Positions 1 through 10,564 are shown, counted from the stretch's first letter. The stretch: DNA of 64,000 nt from Bythopirellula sp. (GCA_965216565.1 OZ244170.1:4992001-5056000), one strand, 5' to 3'. Program-made: numbers and translations. Notes: generated from the letters alone by a model not told the origin.

Positions 1-766
1 ATTCTCCGGCATGAAGCAGTCGGGGCAGAAGATCTCGATGATCACCGCCTACGACTACACGATGGCTCGGCTTGTAGACGCGGCGGGGGTCGAGGGCGTA
101 TTGGTTGGCGATAGTATGTCGATGGTTGTCCAAGGGCACGAGAACACGCTGCCGGTGACCTTAGATGAGATGATCTACCATGCAGAAATGGTGGGCCGCG
201 CGGTCAAGCACGCTATGGTTGTGGTGGATATGCCATTCCCTAGTTTTCATCTGGGCCCGCATAAGGCGATTGAAAACGCCGGCCGCATTCTCAAGGAGAC
301 GCGCTGTCAGGCGGTGAAACTCGAAGGCGGTGCCGACCAGGCGGAAACTATCAGGGCACTCGTCTCTGCCGGTATCCCGGTGATGGCCCATTGCGGACTC
401 AGACCCCAAAGCGTCCACCAACTCGGCGGCTATCGGGTGCAGCGAGACGAGAACGCGCTGTTGCACGATGCCCGCGCTGCCGCCGAAGCCGGCGCATTTG
501 CCATGGTTCTGGAATGCGTGCCATCCGATATCGCAGCCCGCATCACGGAGAAAGTCTCGATTCCCACCATCGGCATCGGAGCGGGCCCCGATTGCGACGG
601 TCAGGTGCTCGTGCTCAACGACGTCTTGGGACTCACCAGCGACTATCTCCCGCGCTTCGTCAAGAAGTATGCCAATCTGAGTGAGGACATCACCACCGCA
701 ATCCGCAGCTACCGCGACGAAGTGCGCGGGGGCCAGTTCCCCGATGCCGACCATGGGTATGAATGA
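1..766 (+). CDS. panB: 3-methyl-2-oxobutanoate hydroxymethyltransferase (probably 5'-truncated by the window edge)
   Basis: Motifs ITAYDY, LVGDS, VVDMPF, AVKLEGG, HCGLRPQS, IGIGAG and DGQVLV. The frame is open upstream of ATG 11 to the window start. Confidence 0.96.
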   Translation, partial: FSGMKQSGQKISMITAYDYTMARLVDAAGVEGVLVGDSMSMVVQGHENTLPVTLDEMIYHAEMVGRAVKHAMVVVDMPFPSFHLGPHKAIENAGRILKETRCQAVKLEGGADQAETIRALVSAGIPVMAHCGLRPQSVHQLGGYRVQRDENALLHDARAAAEAGAFAMVLECVPSDIAARITEKVSIPTIGIGAGPDCDGQVLVLNDVLGLTSDYLPRFVKKYANLSEDITTAIRSYRDEVRGGQFPDADHGYE

Positions 767-1352
767 GGCTGTCTCCATCAGTTGCAACTGTGGACAGGTT
801 CACGCGATTCGTGAAATACAAGCGGGTTCTCAGATTCGGTGTTCTTGTGGCCGTAGCGTTGATGTCCCGAGCTTGGGCAATCTGAGACAACTTGCTGGCA
901 AAGAGGCTTACGTCACGAACCCTGCGGAAGCCATCAGAAAGAGTGTCGCGCAGGGAATAGAGCCTGCAGGCAACTCGTGTTTAGTTTGTGGCTCAGATGT
1001 CTCCAACACTTATCGATGTGTCGCTGAATGTGAAAGGTCGTTGACCAAAGACGCACAAAATAACGAAAACTCACTAGTCCGTTTTCTGGCTCGGCTGATC
1101 TCCGTTATCCTAATTCCAAAACTACTTGTGATTTATCTCTTCAGCCGTCCTGCTGCCAATTCCGAACCTCAAGTGTTTGGACATGACGTGGCCGTCGAAT
1201 TCCAACTGCCTGTTTGTGAACAGTGTGCCCAAGCAGGTCATGACCCACGAAAACATCGTGTCGCGAGAAAGATGCTGCAAGAAGTTGATCTGCTGAACCA
1301 ACTGCTCGAATACTATCCCGCGATTGCTCTCAGAATTGAGCGGTTGGAGTAA
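759..1352 (+). CDS. Cys-rich hypothetical protein with Zn-ribbon-like motifs and one TM segment
   Basis: ATG 759 overlaps the panB stop. CNCG, CSCG, CLVC and CEQC motifs. Hydrophobic stretch LISVILIPKLLVIYLF. Confidence 0.65.
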   Translation: MNEAVSISCNCGQVHAIREIQAGSQIRCSCGRSVDVPSLGNLRQLAGKEAYVTNPAEAIRKSVAQGIEPAGNSCLVCGSDVSNTYRCVAECERSLTKDAQNNENSLVRFLARLISVILIPKLLVIYLFSRPAANSEPQVFGHDVAVEFQLPVCEQCAQAGHDPRKHRVARKMLQEVDLLNQLLEYYPAIALRIERLE

Positions 1353-1354
1353 AC

Positions 1355-1777
1355 TTACCGATGCAGTTGGCAAGCATCACTCTCACAAGCTTCGGTCCCG
1401 CTGAGCCGATAGCGATTCTTAGCGATCCATCGATACACGGGCTGCATTACCAACATGCTTCCCGGGAAGTGCAGAAACGGCGCCGCCCACCACAGTCGGC
1501 GTAGGCGTCGCGACAAATAACGAATCGCGTGGGCACCCCAGTGACGATTTCCATTGGTATCGACGATGCACATCTCGGTCATCAACCGCTCGTGCGAAAG
1601 ATCGGGCCAGCGCTCTTGCACAAGCGGATCGTGGAGCGATAGGTACGACAACTTTTGCTGGCAGTCCCACCAAGGCAGCTTGCTCACCTGGCTGGTGCAA
1701 ATACGGCAATCGCCATCGTAGATCACCACATCGGTGTCCGGACGTTGGTCAGGCGAGGGCAGGGGAGTGTCGGACAT
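1355..1777 (-). CDS. DCC-family thiol-disulfide oxidoreductase (DUF393)
   Basis: N-terminal YDGDCRIC (DxxCxxC) and C-terminal YRWIAKNRY signature. Confidence 0.88.
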   Translation of the reverse strand: MSDTPLPSPDQRPDTDVVIYDGDCRICTSQVSKLPWWDCQQKLSYLSLHDPLVQERWPDLSHERLMTEMCIVDTNGNRHWGAHAIRYLSRRLRRLWWAAPFLHFPGSMLVMQPVYRWIAKNRYRLSGTEACESDACQLHR

Positions 1778-1827
1778 CTAGTTTTTTGGTTCTTTTTTCT
1801 TGTGCAGCAAGTAGGGCCGGGTCGCTC

Positions 1828-1948
1828 TTGTCATTTCGAGGTCTGCCGAGAAATCTAGCTTACCTATGAGTTCGCTGATTGGAGCAGGGAAAGTGCGACG
1901 TTCGGCACGGGTGCGTTCTAGATCCCTCGGTGGACCTCGGGATGACAA
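1828..1948. repeat. REP-like inverted-repeat element, TGTCA...TGACA family, copy 1
   Basis: TTGTCATTTCGAGGTCTGCCGAGAAATCTAG pairs imperfectly with CTAGATCCCTCGGTGGACCTCGGGATGACAA. Homologous to 15696-15755. Confidence 0.8.
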
Positions 1949-2103
1949 TTCTCTTGGAATAAACCGCAAGGAATATCAGTAAATCACTTGCCTATCTTAT
2001 TGTGTCGCTAATTGAGGTGACCTGCCTGCCTGGAAGCGGTAAAATAAAACAACCTAGGTTCATTCTAGCCGCCGGGGACTAAGCTCCAACAGGAGAAGTT
2101 GCA

Positions 2104-3759
2104 GTGGAACAGATTCTTGTGCAGGTCAAACGGGCCCAAGCTCGGCTTACTCGACAATTGTTCGTCAACCGACTGCTGCTGAGCCTATTCATTGCCATCG
2201 CCCTAGCAGTGATTGCCATTGCCGTTCCCAAGGTGGCAGTCGTCGAAGACCTGCCAGCCGATTGGCATTGGTACTGTCTTGGTGGTGGACTTCTCGGAGG
2301 GATACTTGCCGCGTCCATCTGGACCGCCATCAGCCATCGCAGCGAACTCGATGCCGCCGTCGAAATCGATTCTCGCTTTGGCCTGCGCGAACGGATCGCC
2401 AGCACGCTTTCGCTTCCGCCCGAGGAAGTCGATACCCCAGCGGGCCAGGCCCTGATGACCGACGCCCTACGATCGATACGCAATGTCGAAGTGCACCAAC
2501 GATTCCCATTGCAGTTAGAGCGTCGGGCCTGGTTGCCTTTGGTTTCCGCAACGATTGCCTTTGTATTGGTATCGCTCGTTGACAATCGCGACGCGCAAAG
2601 CGGGCCCGACCCGCAAGCAGATCAACAAGCCAAAGAGCAAGTGGACGCCGCTACCAAGAAACTCCGCGAACGATTGATCGAACGGCGTAAGCAAGCCGCT
2701 GAAAAGGGACTCAAAGAAGCCGAAGGATTGTTTCGCGAGTTGGAGAAGGAATCGGAAAAGCTTGCCAAAGCCAGCGACGTCGATCGTAAGAAAGCCATGG
2801 TCAAACTCAACGACTTGGCAAAGCAACTCCAGCAGCGTCGCGAAAAATTGGGCGGCGACAAACAGCTGCGCAAACAACTCGAGAACATGAAGAACCTTAG
2901 CAAGGGCCCAGCTGACAAGATGTTCGAGGCCATGAAAAAGGGCGATTGGCAGGCCGCCCAGCAGGAGCTCAAAAAACTGCAGCAAAAGTTAGCCAAGGGA
3001 GAGTTAGGCGATGCTGATAAGAAAGAACTATCAAAGCAACTGGAACAGCTGCAAAAGAAAATGGCGGAAGCGCAGGAAAAGCGCGAGCAGGCAATGAAGG
3101 ACCTGCAAAAGCAAATCGAGCAACAAAAGCAGCAGGGCAATATGCAGCGGGCCGGGGAACTGCAGCAGAAGATGGATCAAATGCAGCAGCAACAGCAGCA
3201 AATGAAAATGATGCAAAAGATGGCCCAAAAGGCAGGCGAGTGCCAGGAGTGTATGAAGCAGGGCGATCAGGACGGCGCTGCCCAAGCAATGCAAGAGATG
3301 ATGCAGAGTATGGAACAGATGCAGCAACAAATGTCGGAAACCGAGATGCTAGACGCAGCCATGGATCAACTGCAGATGGCCAAGGATTCGATGAGTTGTT
3401 CTGAGTGTCAGGGAGAAGGGTGCCAGAGTTGTATGTCGATGGCGATGAGTGATAAGTTCAGCGATAAGATGGGCGGCAAAGGCATGGGGGCGGGCAGGGG
3501 GAGTGGACCGCGTCCCGATGAAAAGAACAGCGTGAACTTCCGCGACTCACGCGTCCGACAAAAGCCTGGCAAAGGTGCCATGGTGCTCGAAGGGGAAGCC
3601 GATGGCCCCAACTTCCGCGGTCAGGTAGGCGAATCGATCAAGCAAGAAATGTCTGCGGCAACAGTTGAAGCAGCCGACCCCACCGTGGTTGAGCAACTCC
3701 CTAAGTCCCGCCGCGAACACGCTGAGGAATTCTTCAATCTCCTCCGCGATGGGGAGTAG
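2104..3759 (+). CDS. Membrane-anchored coiled-coil hypothetical protein
   Basis: GGAG RBS before GTG. Three N-terminal TM segments, long Q/K/E/M coiled coil, CSECQGEGCQSC cluster and a Gly-rich C-terminal region. Confidence 0.8.
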   Translation: MEQILVQVKRAQARLTRQLFVNRLLLSLFIAIALAVIAIAVPKVAVVEDLPADWHWYCLGGGLLGGILAASIWTAISHRSELDAAVEIDSRFGLRERIASTLSLPPEEVDTPAGQALMTDALRSIRNVEVHQRFPLQLERRAWLPLVSATIAFVLVSLVDNRDAQSGPDPQADQQAKEQVDAATKKLRERLIERRKQAAEKGLKEAEGLFRELEKESEKLAKASDVDRKKAMVKLNDLAKQLQQRREKLGGDKQLRKQLENMKNLSKGPADKMFEAMKKGDWQAAQQELKKLQQKLAKGELGDADKKELSKQLEQLQKKMAEAQEKREQAMKDLQKQIEQQKQQGNMQRAGELQQKMDQMQQQQQQMKMMQKMAQKAGECQECMKQGDQDGAAQAMQEMMQSMEQMQQQMSETEMLDAAMDQLQMAKDSMSCSECQGEGCQSCMSMAMSDKFSDKMGGKGMGAGRGSGPRPDEKNSVNFRDSRVRQKPGKGAMVLEGEADGPNFRGQVGESIKQEMSAATVEAADPTVVEQLPKSRREHAEEFFNLLRDGE

Positions 3760-3767
3760 TTTGCTGG

Positions 3768-3809
3768 GAGCCTAGAGCTAGGAGCTTAGAGCCTAGAGCT
3801 TAGAGTTCT
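3768..3809 (+). repeat. Degenerate 7-bp tandem repeat (GAGCCTA-like, 6 units)
   Basis: GAGCCTA GAGCTAG GAGCTTA GAGCCTA GAGCTTA GAGTTCT. Confidence 0.85.
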
Positions 3810-3856
3810 AATTAAGCATTTCACGGTTTGGATGTTACGCTGCTCTCTTCACTTGA

Positions 3857-3911
3857 GTAGCCGCGATCCGACGGATCGCCGGGGAACCTGCGTTCCATAA
3901 GATCGCGGCTA
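3857..3911. repeat. REP-like element, TAGCCGCGAT family, copy 1
   Basis: GTAG foot, 11-bp terminal inverted repeat TAGCCGCGATC/GATCGCGGCTA and internal hairpins. Homologous to 23371-23425. Confidence 0.8.
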
Positions 3912-4186
3912 ATGAACGAACTCTCCGCGGCTCTCATCCTCTCTGCGAACTCTGAGTTGCATCTTTCCCAGCAATACGCGTGAGCCTCCCAAACCTCGCA
4001 TCCTGCGAAAACCACGGCGCATCCCCCTCTTTGGAGGAGTGCCGATTCTCTCTGAACGCCGGAAATTTCCTATTTAGCGGGAAATTATGGCTAATTGGCG
4101 TAGGGCAGAAAAAATAGGAGTTATATACTCTTGGGCGAACTCGTTTCCTTCCCGCCCCAAACCTTCCCAAACGTGGAGATTTCCAG

Positions 4187-6148
4187 GTGTTCCGACATTG
4201 CTCTCATTGGATGAGACCTCTCGCAATAACCCTATTGCTGTGCTCCCCTGCTGCATCGATTGAAGGGCCCACATTGGCCACGGAGGAGGATTTGTCCGCC
4301 TCTCTCTGGGCATTGCGCGGTGAACATCAGCCGCTCACCGAAGCACGGTTTGAGCCGGTTCGAGAGGAACTCCGCCAACGGGCCGCGACCCTGGAGAAGG
4401 TGCTCGATGCCACGAATACGCCCCAACGCTGGCGTGACTATCTCAAGTGGGATCTAATCGAGCCCCATCTGGGAGAAGACCCGAAGATCAATCGCAGAAC
4501 GCTTCGAGAAATCGACACCGTCATTCGGCGATTCCGTTCGAACATGCCCGGCTTGGAACTGAAATCGTTCCGCAACATGGCCCAGGCGTTGCAACGCTAT
4601 CGCGAGCTGGCTTTTTGGTATGCATTGGCAAAACAACGCGATAGCGCACCGATTTACGATTCTTTTGTCAAGAATTTGCAAGAGCAAGTCAAACGGCACA
4701 CGGAGGATCGCACGATTGAAACCGAGCGTCGCATGGGCAAGACCCTAGCTACGATCGATCAACTAGAAAATGCGCCCGAGTTGGTTCACAAACTACGTTC
4801 ACGATTCTCCGGCGTCAATTTTCGGGCCGAGGTTTCGGTCGACGCGATGAATCGACTAGTAAAGCCCATTTGCGAACTGGAGCCGGTGCGCGATTGCATC
4901 CTTGGCGCCAGCGTCCGGGGCCAAGCACTGGCCAATGGCAATGTCCGCTTTGCTGCTCATGAATCAGACGATCAAATGCGGCTCGACATTCACATGGCGG
5001 GCCACATTTCGACCAACACGGTTGGTTACAAGAAACCGGTAAAGGTTTACACCACCGGCTCGACCACTTACTCGGGCATCAAGACGCTGTACATCAGCGA
5101 CGATCGTTTTTCTGCCACGCCAGCCCATATTTCGACTCGAACAACGAATCGGCCTCGTGCGGTAAAAAAGACCGGCGGCAAGTTTGGTCGGCGATTAATA
5201 GAGAAGATCGCCTGGAAAAAGGTATGTGAAAAAAAGGCTCAGACCGAACGCATCGCTTCGGCCAAGGCCAAGAAGAAGCTTACCAAGAAGTTCGACCAGC
5301 GTGTGATGAACGCCCTGACCGAGGGAAGATCCAAATATGTGGGCAAACTGCAAGTGCCCATGCAGCGACGCGGATTTGACATCAATCTCGTGCGATTCCA
5401 ATCCGCGGCCAACAGTGTGCTGGCCAGCATGAAACTGTCGACCGATTATCAATTGTCGACCGACACGCCCCCACCACCTCGGGCTATTTCTAACGACATC
5501 ACCGTGCAACTGCATCAATCCGCGGTCAACAATTACCTGCCGTTCATCCTGGCCGGCGTACAGCTACAGCAAGATTCGGCAGACGAAGCCATGAGCCTCA
5601 AAGGCGATTTGCCTCCGTGGCTCGAGAAGATCTCGAAGGAAAACAAGCTGCGGGATATCACTGCAGGCGACGAAGCCAGTCTTCCTCCAGACGAAGACTT
5701 CAAGCCCTATCGATTGACTTTCAATGGCGAACATCCCGCCAGCGTGAGCTTTGAGGACAACCGCGTCACGATTCGGTTGCGTTTCGAAGAACTAAAAACA
5801 GGCGAAGACGAAGAAGAGCCGCCCCTAGAAAATTGGGATTTCATCATTCACTATCGACTCACTCAGCGAGACAACCAAGTCGTGCTCATTCGCGATGGCG
5901 ATATCGAGGTATTCCCCACGGGTTTCGATCCGCGTTGGGACGAAAAAATGAGCAGCGAGCAAGTTGGCTACCGCAATAACATGGCCAAGAATCTTAACAA
6001 GAAGGCCGAGGAAGGCCGCGGTTTCCCACCCGAGATTGAAATTCCGGCACTTCAGATCGCCAGCCAAGGCGATGCAGGGCGCGAGTTCGCACTCGAGCAA
6101 TTGGAATGCGAGGACGGTTGGTTGACGGTCGGCTATCGCGTGCCGTAA
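4187..6148 (+). CDS. Secreted hypothetical protein
   Basis: 653-aa ORF with GGAGA RBS and a signal-peptide-like N terminus (RPLAITLLLCSPAAS). No recognised family. Confidence 0.8.
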   Translation: MFRHCSHWMRPLAITLLLCSPAASIEGPTLATEEDLSASLWALRGEHQPLTEARFEPVREELRQRAATLEKVLDATNTPQRWRDYLKWDLIEPHLGEDPKINRRTLREIDTVIRRFRSNMPGLELKSFRNMAQALQRYRELAFWYALAKQRDSAPIYDSFVKNLQEQVKRHTEDRTIETERRMGKTLATIDQLENAPELVHKLRSRFSGVNFRAEVSVDAMNRLVKPICELEPVRDCILGASVRGQALANGNVRFAAHESDDQMRLDIHMAGHISTNTVGYKKPVKVYTTGSTTYSGIKTLYISDDRFSATPAHISTRTTNRPRAVKKTGGKFGRRLIEKIAWKKVCEKKAQTERIASAKAKKKLTKKFDQRVMNALTEGRSKYVGKLQVPMQRRGFDINLVRFQSAANSVLASMKLSTDYQLSTDTPPPPRAISNDITVQLHQSAVNNYLPFILAGVQLQQDSADEAMSLKGDLPPWLEKISKENKLRDITAGDEASLPPDEDFKPYRLTFNGEHPASVSFEDNRVTIRLRFEELKTGEDEEEPPLENWDFIIHYRLTQRDNQVVLIRDGDIEVFPTGFDPRWDEKMSSEQVGYRNNMAKNLNKKAEEGRGFPPEIEIPALQIASQGDAGREFALEQLECEDGWLTVGYRVP

Positions 6149-6190
6149 GCTGCCCGTTTTGCCCTGCTGCCCTTGCGAAGGATCTCGGCT

Positions 6191-6655
6191 GTGGAAGGTT
6201 CCGTCGACATTTCGTTTGCTTGCTTGCCTCTACGGTCCGTAGGTCGCCTTGATGTCCCCATGGATGCCTCGGGTATTTATCGCATCCGCTACGAACGTTT
6301 GCGAAGTACTATCGAAGAGTACGGACTCGACCGGACCTATTATCTGTACGATGCCCACTGCACGTTCCGTCTTGCCAATAGCGAAATCGAAGGCATGCTC
6401 CGCTTCAATTTCGAGGGTATCGTTCGCACTGACGCCGGCGATGCCATCACCGAGGAAGTAAAACTCGAAACCGAACTCGTCAGCGAAACCTGTGGTGGCG
6501 TGCCCGAAGAAGTTCAGCAGTGGCTCCACACGCGTATCGAACGGGCGGTCGCTCTCGAATTCGACCGCTTCATCTCAGCCGGCCAACTTGGCAACCGCAC
6601 CGAAGAATTGGGGCAACTAGAACGCCTCAGCGACCTAGAAGACTTTTCGGTCTAG
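6191..6655 (+). CDS. Hypothetical protein
   Basis: Coding-like composition directly after the previous gene. Start uncertain (GTG 6191 or TTG 6173). Confidence 0.7.
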   Translation: MEGSVDISFACLPLRSVGRLDVPMDASGIYRIRYERLRSTIEEYGLDRTYYLYDAHCTFRLANSEIEGMLRFNFEGIVRTDAGDAITEEVKLETELVSETCGGVPEEVQQWLHTRIERAVALEFDRFISAGQLGNRTEELGQLERLSDLEDFSV

Positions 6656-7034
6656 TGGATAGAGTACCAAGCTAGCTATTCCAGATCTTACTAGCCGGAC
6701 CGCCACGCGGTCCGACAAGGTTGCGAACTCCGAGTCGTTGCTAGCTGCTAGCAAGGCAACGCCCTTCTATTCGTCCATTCCTGGCCAGCGAACGAACTAT
6801 GTCAAAGTTTGACGGTTAGGTCGACGATAACAATTCTGCTGACTATCCAAAGAGCGCTGCGCGCCCCGTTTTCTTGGGCGAAAAGTGCTAGCGGATTGAC
6901 CAGACCGGGGGGGACAGAATCGTGGTCAGCGGTGATCTAGTGCGTCGTATCGCGCCGGATGTTGCCACGATTACCCGGGCGATGGCCCCGCGGCCGACCA
7001 AGCCGTGGAAAATCGAAGCTAGGAATGCAGCAAA

Positions 7035-9575
7035 ATGATCCGGCAGAATAGAACTCCCTTAGTTCTCATGCTTTGCGTGGTTACGCTGGGCTCGGGTTGC
7101 CAACCAACCCAGCCATTCTTCTTTGCCGCGCATAACAAAGGGGCGAACTCGGGTCATCTGTCTCACTACAAAGACCTTGCCACCGACATCAACTACCCCG
7201 ACGTACATGTCTCGAGCCTCGACGAAGTCTGCGGGGCCCAACAGCCACTCACCCTGGCTAATGCCGAGAACTTCGATATGTGGGACCTCACGCTCGAAGA
7301 GGTCACACGCATCGCTTTGCGAAACAGCCAGGTGATCCGCGAATTGGGCGGACGTATTACCGATAACGGCGCGAACATCGCTCAAAGTACGCCCATCACT
7401 CTGCAGCAAAACGCTGCGGGAGTTACTACCTCGTACGATCCGGCCCTCGTCGAAAGCGGCAACGGCACAGGGACGGGGAGTCCACTCAGCGGCACAGGTG
7501 TTGAAGCTGCGTTGGCAGACTTCGATGCGGTGCTCGACTCCAGCATCACTTGGCAGCTTAACGATCGTCCTCAGAACTTCGGCGTTGCCGGCCTGGGTGA
7601 CTTTTTTGCCCCACTCTTCCAACAAGACCTCGGCATCGCCACCACGGGCATCACAAAAACCACTGCCGACGGTACAACTTTCGACGTGCGTAACAATATC
7701 AACTACGACTGGAACAACAACGGTAGCCGAATTCAGCCGAGCGATTGGTTCACCGAGGTCGAAGCCGGTTTCTCGCGTCCTTTGCTGCAAGGTGCCGGTA
7801 CGCAGTACACACGCATCGCCGGGCCGCAGTCCTTTGCCCAAGCGGCAGGCGGCTTGCCCAATCAAATCGATGGTGTCGTAATTTCTCGGATTCGACTCGA
7901 CATCACGCTGGCCGACTTTGAGTCCAGCATCCGTGATTTTATGCGCGACTTGGAAGACGCCTACTGGGAACTGCAATTCGCCTACCGCGATTTGGAAGCA
8001 ACCAAGATTGGTCGCGACAGTGCCCTGGAAACTTGGAACCGAATCATCGCACTGAAACGCGTCGGCACCACCGGGGGCGAGGCCGACAAAGAGGCTCAAG
8101 CCCGGTCGCAATACTTCCTGTTCCGCAGCCAGGTCGAAACGGCCCTCACTTCGTTGTTCCGCGTCGAAAACCGACTGCGCTACCTGATGGGGATCGCAGC
8201 CACAGACAATCGACTGATTCGACCTGTCGACGATCCCACCACCGCCATGGTGAAATTCGATTGGTGTACAATTCACTCCGAATCGCTCGCCAGAGTCACG
8301 GAACTGCGTCAACAAAAGTGGCAAGTGAAACGCCGCGAACTAGAACTCATCGCCGCCCGCAACCATATGCTACCGCGACTGGATGCCGTGGGCCGCTATC
8401 GTTGGGTAGGTGCCGGCGACAAGTTGATTGATAGCAACGGCACAGGAATTCAGCCATTTGCCGAAGGGTCGAATGCCTTTGAAATTCTCACCGAGGGCAA
8501 CTTCCAAGAGTGGGAATTGGGGCTGCAGTTTTCACTGCCGATTGGTTTCCGCCGGGCACTGTCTGGTGTCAGACATCACCAGTTGCTGCTGGCTAGGGAG
8601 CGTGCGGTTCTGCAGGACCTGGAGCTGGAAGTTTCGCACGGGTTGACCGATGCCGTTCGCGATCTGGATCTTAACTATGGATTGATGAAAACTTACTTCA
8701 ATCGTCGCGTTGCTGCGGAGGACGAAGTTGAGGCCGTCGAAGCGGTTTACGATTCGGGACGCAGCACGCTCGACTTGTTGCTCGACGCCCAGCGACGTCG
8801 CGCCGAGGCTGAATCGCTCTACTTCCGGGCTTTACTGGATTACAATCGGGCTATCATGCGAGTACACTACCGTAAGGGTTCGTTGTTGGAATTCAACGGC
8901 GTCTATCTCGCAGAAGGACCTTGGCCCAACAAAGCACATTTCGATGCTGTGCGGCGTGCTCGCAAGCGACAAGCCGCGCTGCACATGAACTACAAGTACA
9001 CGCGGCCCGATGTTATCAGCCGTGGTCCCTACGAGCAGTTCACCGGCCAAGGTGGTATGTTGCCTTCGCCAATAGTCGCCGAGCCTGAGGGTGAATCCAT
9101 CAACCCGCTCGAACCAATCGGAGACAATGCCGAGCCACAGATTATTCCACTCCCTGAAGAGAACACCAGCGCCGAACCATCCTCCGCCGAGCCATCAACG
9201 CGATTGGAGATTACCCCCGATGATCTGGCTGTACTGCCTTCATCGCACACGCCAGTCAACGAGATTGCACCGGTCAGTTTCGAGCAGCCAGTAGCGCATC
9301 CGCAGAAGAATTTGTTCCGCGAGGTCGTGCAGAACTGGCAGCTAGAAAACGCCAAACCCTTGTCTGGTGAGGCGGGGCAGCACAACGCGGGGCAGTATAA
9401 TGCGGGCCAACCTAACGCAGGCCTAGAATCGACGCTAGAAAACGCCACACCGCTTCCGCTACCGAGCGCCGACGCGTGGGAAACGCCACTACCCTATGCA
9501 AATGAACCTCAAGCGAATCTCACGCCTGCTCCAGCTCCTGCAGACTCTGCAGTCGGGCGAGGGCCAGGACGCTAG
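7035..9575 (+). CDS. TolC-family outer membrane efflux protein with lipoprotein signal and disordered C-terminal tail
   Basis: Lipobox-like LGSGC. OEP repeats: AYWELQFA, NHMLPRLD, WELGLQFSLPIG, STLDLLLDAQRRRAEAE, YNRA. Confidence 0.88.
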   Translation: MIRQNRTPLVLMLCVVTLGSGCQPTQPFFFAAHNKGANSGHLSHYKDLATDINYPDVHVSSLDEVCGAQQPLTLANAENFDMWDLTLEEVTRIALRNSQVIRELGGRITDNGANIAQSTPITLQQNAAGVTTSYDPALVESGNGTGTGSPLSGTGVEAALADFDAVLDSSITWQLNDRPQNFGVAGLGDFFAPLFQQDLGIATTGITKTTADGTTFDVRNNINYDWNNNGSRIQPSDWFTEVEAGFSRPLLQGAGTQYTRIAGPQSFAQAAGGLPNQIDGVVISRIRLDITLADFESSIRDFMRDLEDAYWELQFAYRDLEATKIGRDSALETWNRIIALKRVGTTGGEADKEAQARSQYFLFRSQVETALTSLFRVENRLRYLMGIAATDNRLIRPVDDPTTAMVKFDWCTIHSESLARVTELRQQKWQVKRRELELIAARNHMLPRLDAVGRYRWVGAGDKLIDSNGTGIQPFAEGSNAFEILTEGNFQEWELGLQFSLPIGFRRALSGVRHHQLLLARERAVLQDLELEVSHGLTDAVRDLDLNYGLMKTYFNRRVAAEDEVEAVEAVYDSGRSTLDLLLDAQRRRAEAESLYFRALLDYNRAIMRVHYRKGSLLEFNGVYLAEGPWPNKAHFDAVRRARKRQAALHMNYKYTRPDVISRGPYEQFTGQGGMLPSPIVAEPEGESINPLEPIGDNAEPQIIPLPEENTSAEPSSAEPSTRLEITPDDLAVLPSSHTPVNEIAPVSFEQPVAHPQKNLFREVVQNWQLENAKPLSGEAGQHNAGQYNAGQPNAGLESTLENATPLPLPSADAWETPLPYANEPQANLTPAPAPADSAVGRGPGR

Positions 9576-10488
9576 CGGACTGGCGAAAAAATGCGGCGTC
9601 ACCCGTCGTACCATCTTTCGAGATCTCGCCACCTTGCGAGAAGCGGGCGTCCCGCTGTCGTTCGACGAAGATTCGCAACGCTACACGATAGCCAGTTCGT
9701 TTTTTCTGCCACCGACCAACTTCACCGCAGCCGAGGCGCTATCGATTATCGGTTTGGCCAACCAGGTAGGTGGTCGTCAGCAAATTCCCTTCAACGAAGC
9801 GGCACGGTCCGCCGCCATCAAGCTCGAAAGCAGCTTGCCACACGCTCTCCGCGAAGAGCTGTCGGCAGTGAATAAGTCGATCCGCATCGATCTCGATCCC
9901 GTCAGCGACCTGACCGACAAAGAGCAGTTCTACCAGTCGTTTGTCGACTCAATCACTAGCGGCACTGTGCTCAAAGCTACTTACGAGAGCCTTACGGAAT
10001 GGGAGACGATCGAGACCAAACTGCGGCCCTACCGGCTGCTGTTTAGCCGACGGAGTTGGTACGTCGTGGGCCGTAGCAGTTTGCACAGGGAAGTCCGCAC
10101 CTTCAATCTGGCTAGATTCACCTCCCTAGAGACCACCAGACAAAGCTACAAGATTCCCAAGAGCTTCAGCCTCAAAAAATATCTGGGCAATGCTTGGCAC
10201 CTGGTTCCCGAGCCTGGGCCCGACCATCAGGTGGTGGTTCGTTTCCAGCCGCTGGTGGCTCAGAATGTCGCTGAAGTCGTCTGGCATAAAACTCAGCAGG
10301 TGCAGACGCTCGACGACGATTGCCTGGAGTTTCGCGCCACAGTCTCGGGGCTCAACGAAATCGCCTGGTGGATTCTCGGCTACGGCGATCAGGCCGAAGT
10401 GCTCAAGCCAGCCAAGCTGCGGAAGCTCGTCGCCCATCGGTCGGCCAACATGCACGCGATGTACAACGGTAAGACCAAGAAAAAGTAA
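9496..10488 (+). CDS. YafY/PafC-like transcriptional regulator (HTH + WYL + WCX)
   Basis: HTH LAKKCGVTRRTIFRDLATL, WYL PYRL..RSWYVVG..RTFNLAR, and WILGYGDQAEVLKP. Confidence 0.92.
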   Translation: MQMNLKRISRLLQLLQTLQSGEGQDASGLAKKCGVTRRTIFRDLATLREAGVPLSFDEDSQRYTIASSFFLPPTNFTAAEALSIIGLANQVGGRQQIPFNEAARSAAIKLESSLPHALREELSAVNKSIRIDLDPVSDLTDKEQFYQSFVDSITSGTVLKATYESLTEWETIETKLRPYRLLFSRRSWYVVGRSSLHREVRTFNLARFTSLETTRQSYKIPKSFSLKKYLGNAWHLVPEPGPDHQVVVRFQPLVAQNVAEVVWHKTQQVQTLDDDCLEFRATVSGLNEIAWWILGYGDQAEVLKPAKLRKLVAHRSANMHAMYNGKTKKK

Positions 10489-10564
10489 GGGTTTCCGTCG
10501 GACGCGTTGGCAGGGTACAAAAGAGGGGCTCAATTCACCGCACTCACCCACATCCAGCGTCCCT

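Noticed and set aside
1778..1969. 63-aa ORF upstream of the DCC gene
   Set aside because: It is largely a translation of the REP-like inverted repeat, with no coding signal.
3821..4015. 64-aa minus ORF as possible cargo of the heptamer repeats
   Set aside because: It runs through the REP element and has no recognisable four-helix-bundle motif.
7059..8324. 421-aa minus-strand ORF and similar long antisense ORFs (161-787, 14966-15622, 34039-34566)
   Set aside because: These are shadow frames opposite well-supported genes in GC-rich DNA, with no motifs.
10190..10564. N-terminal extensions in the ORF track (tmk, acyl-CoA ligase, SEC-C protein, ribD, yjbQ)
   Set aside because: The extensions overlap neighbouring genes or lack an RBS, and the family motifs begin at the downstream starts used here.
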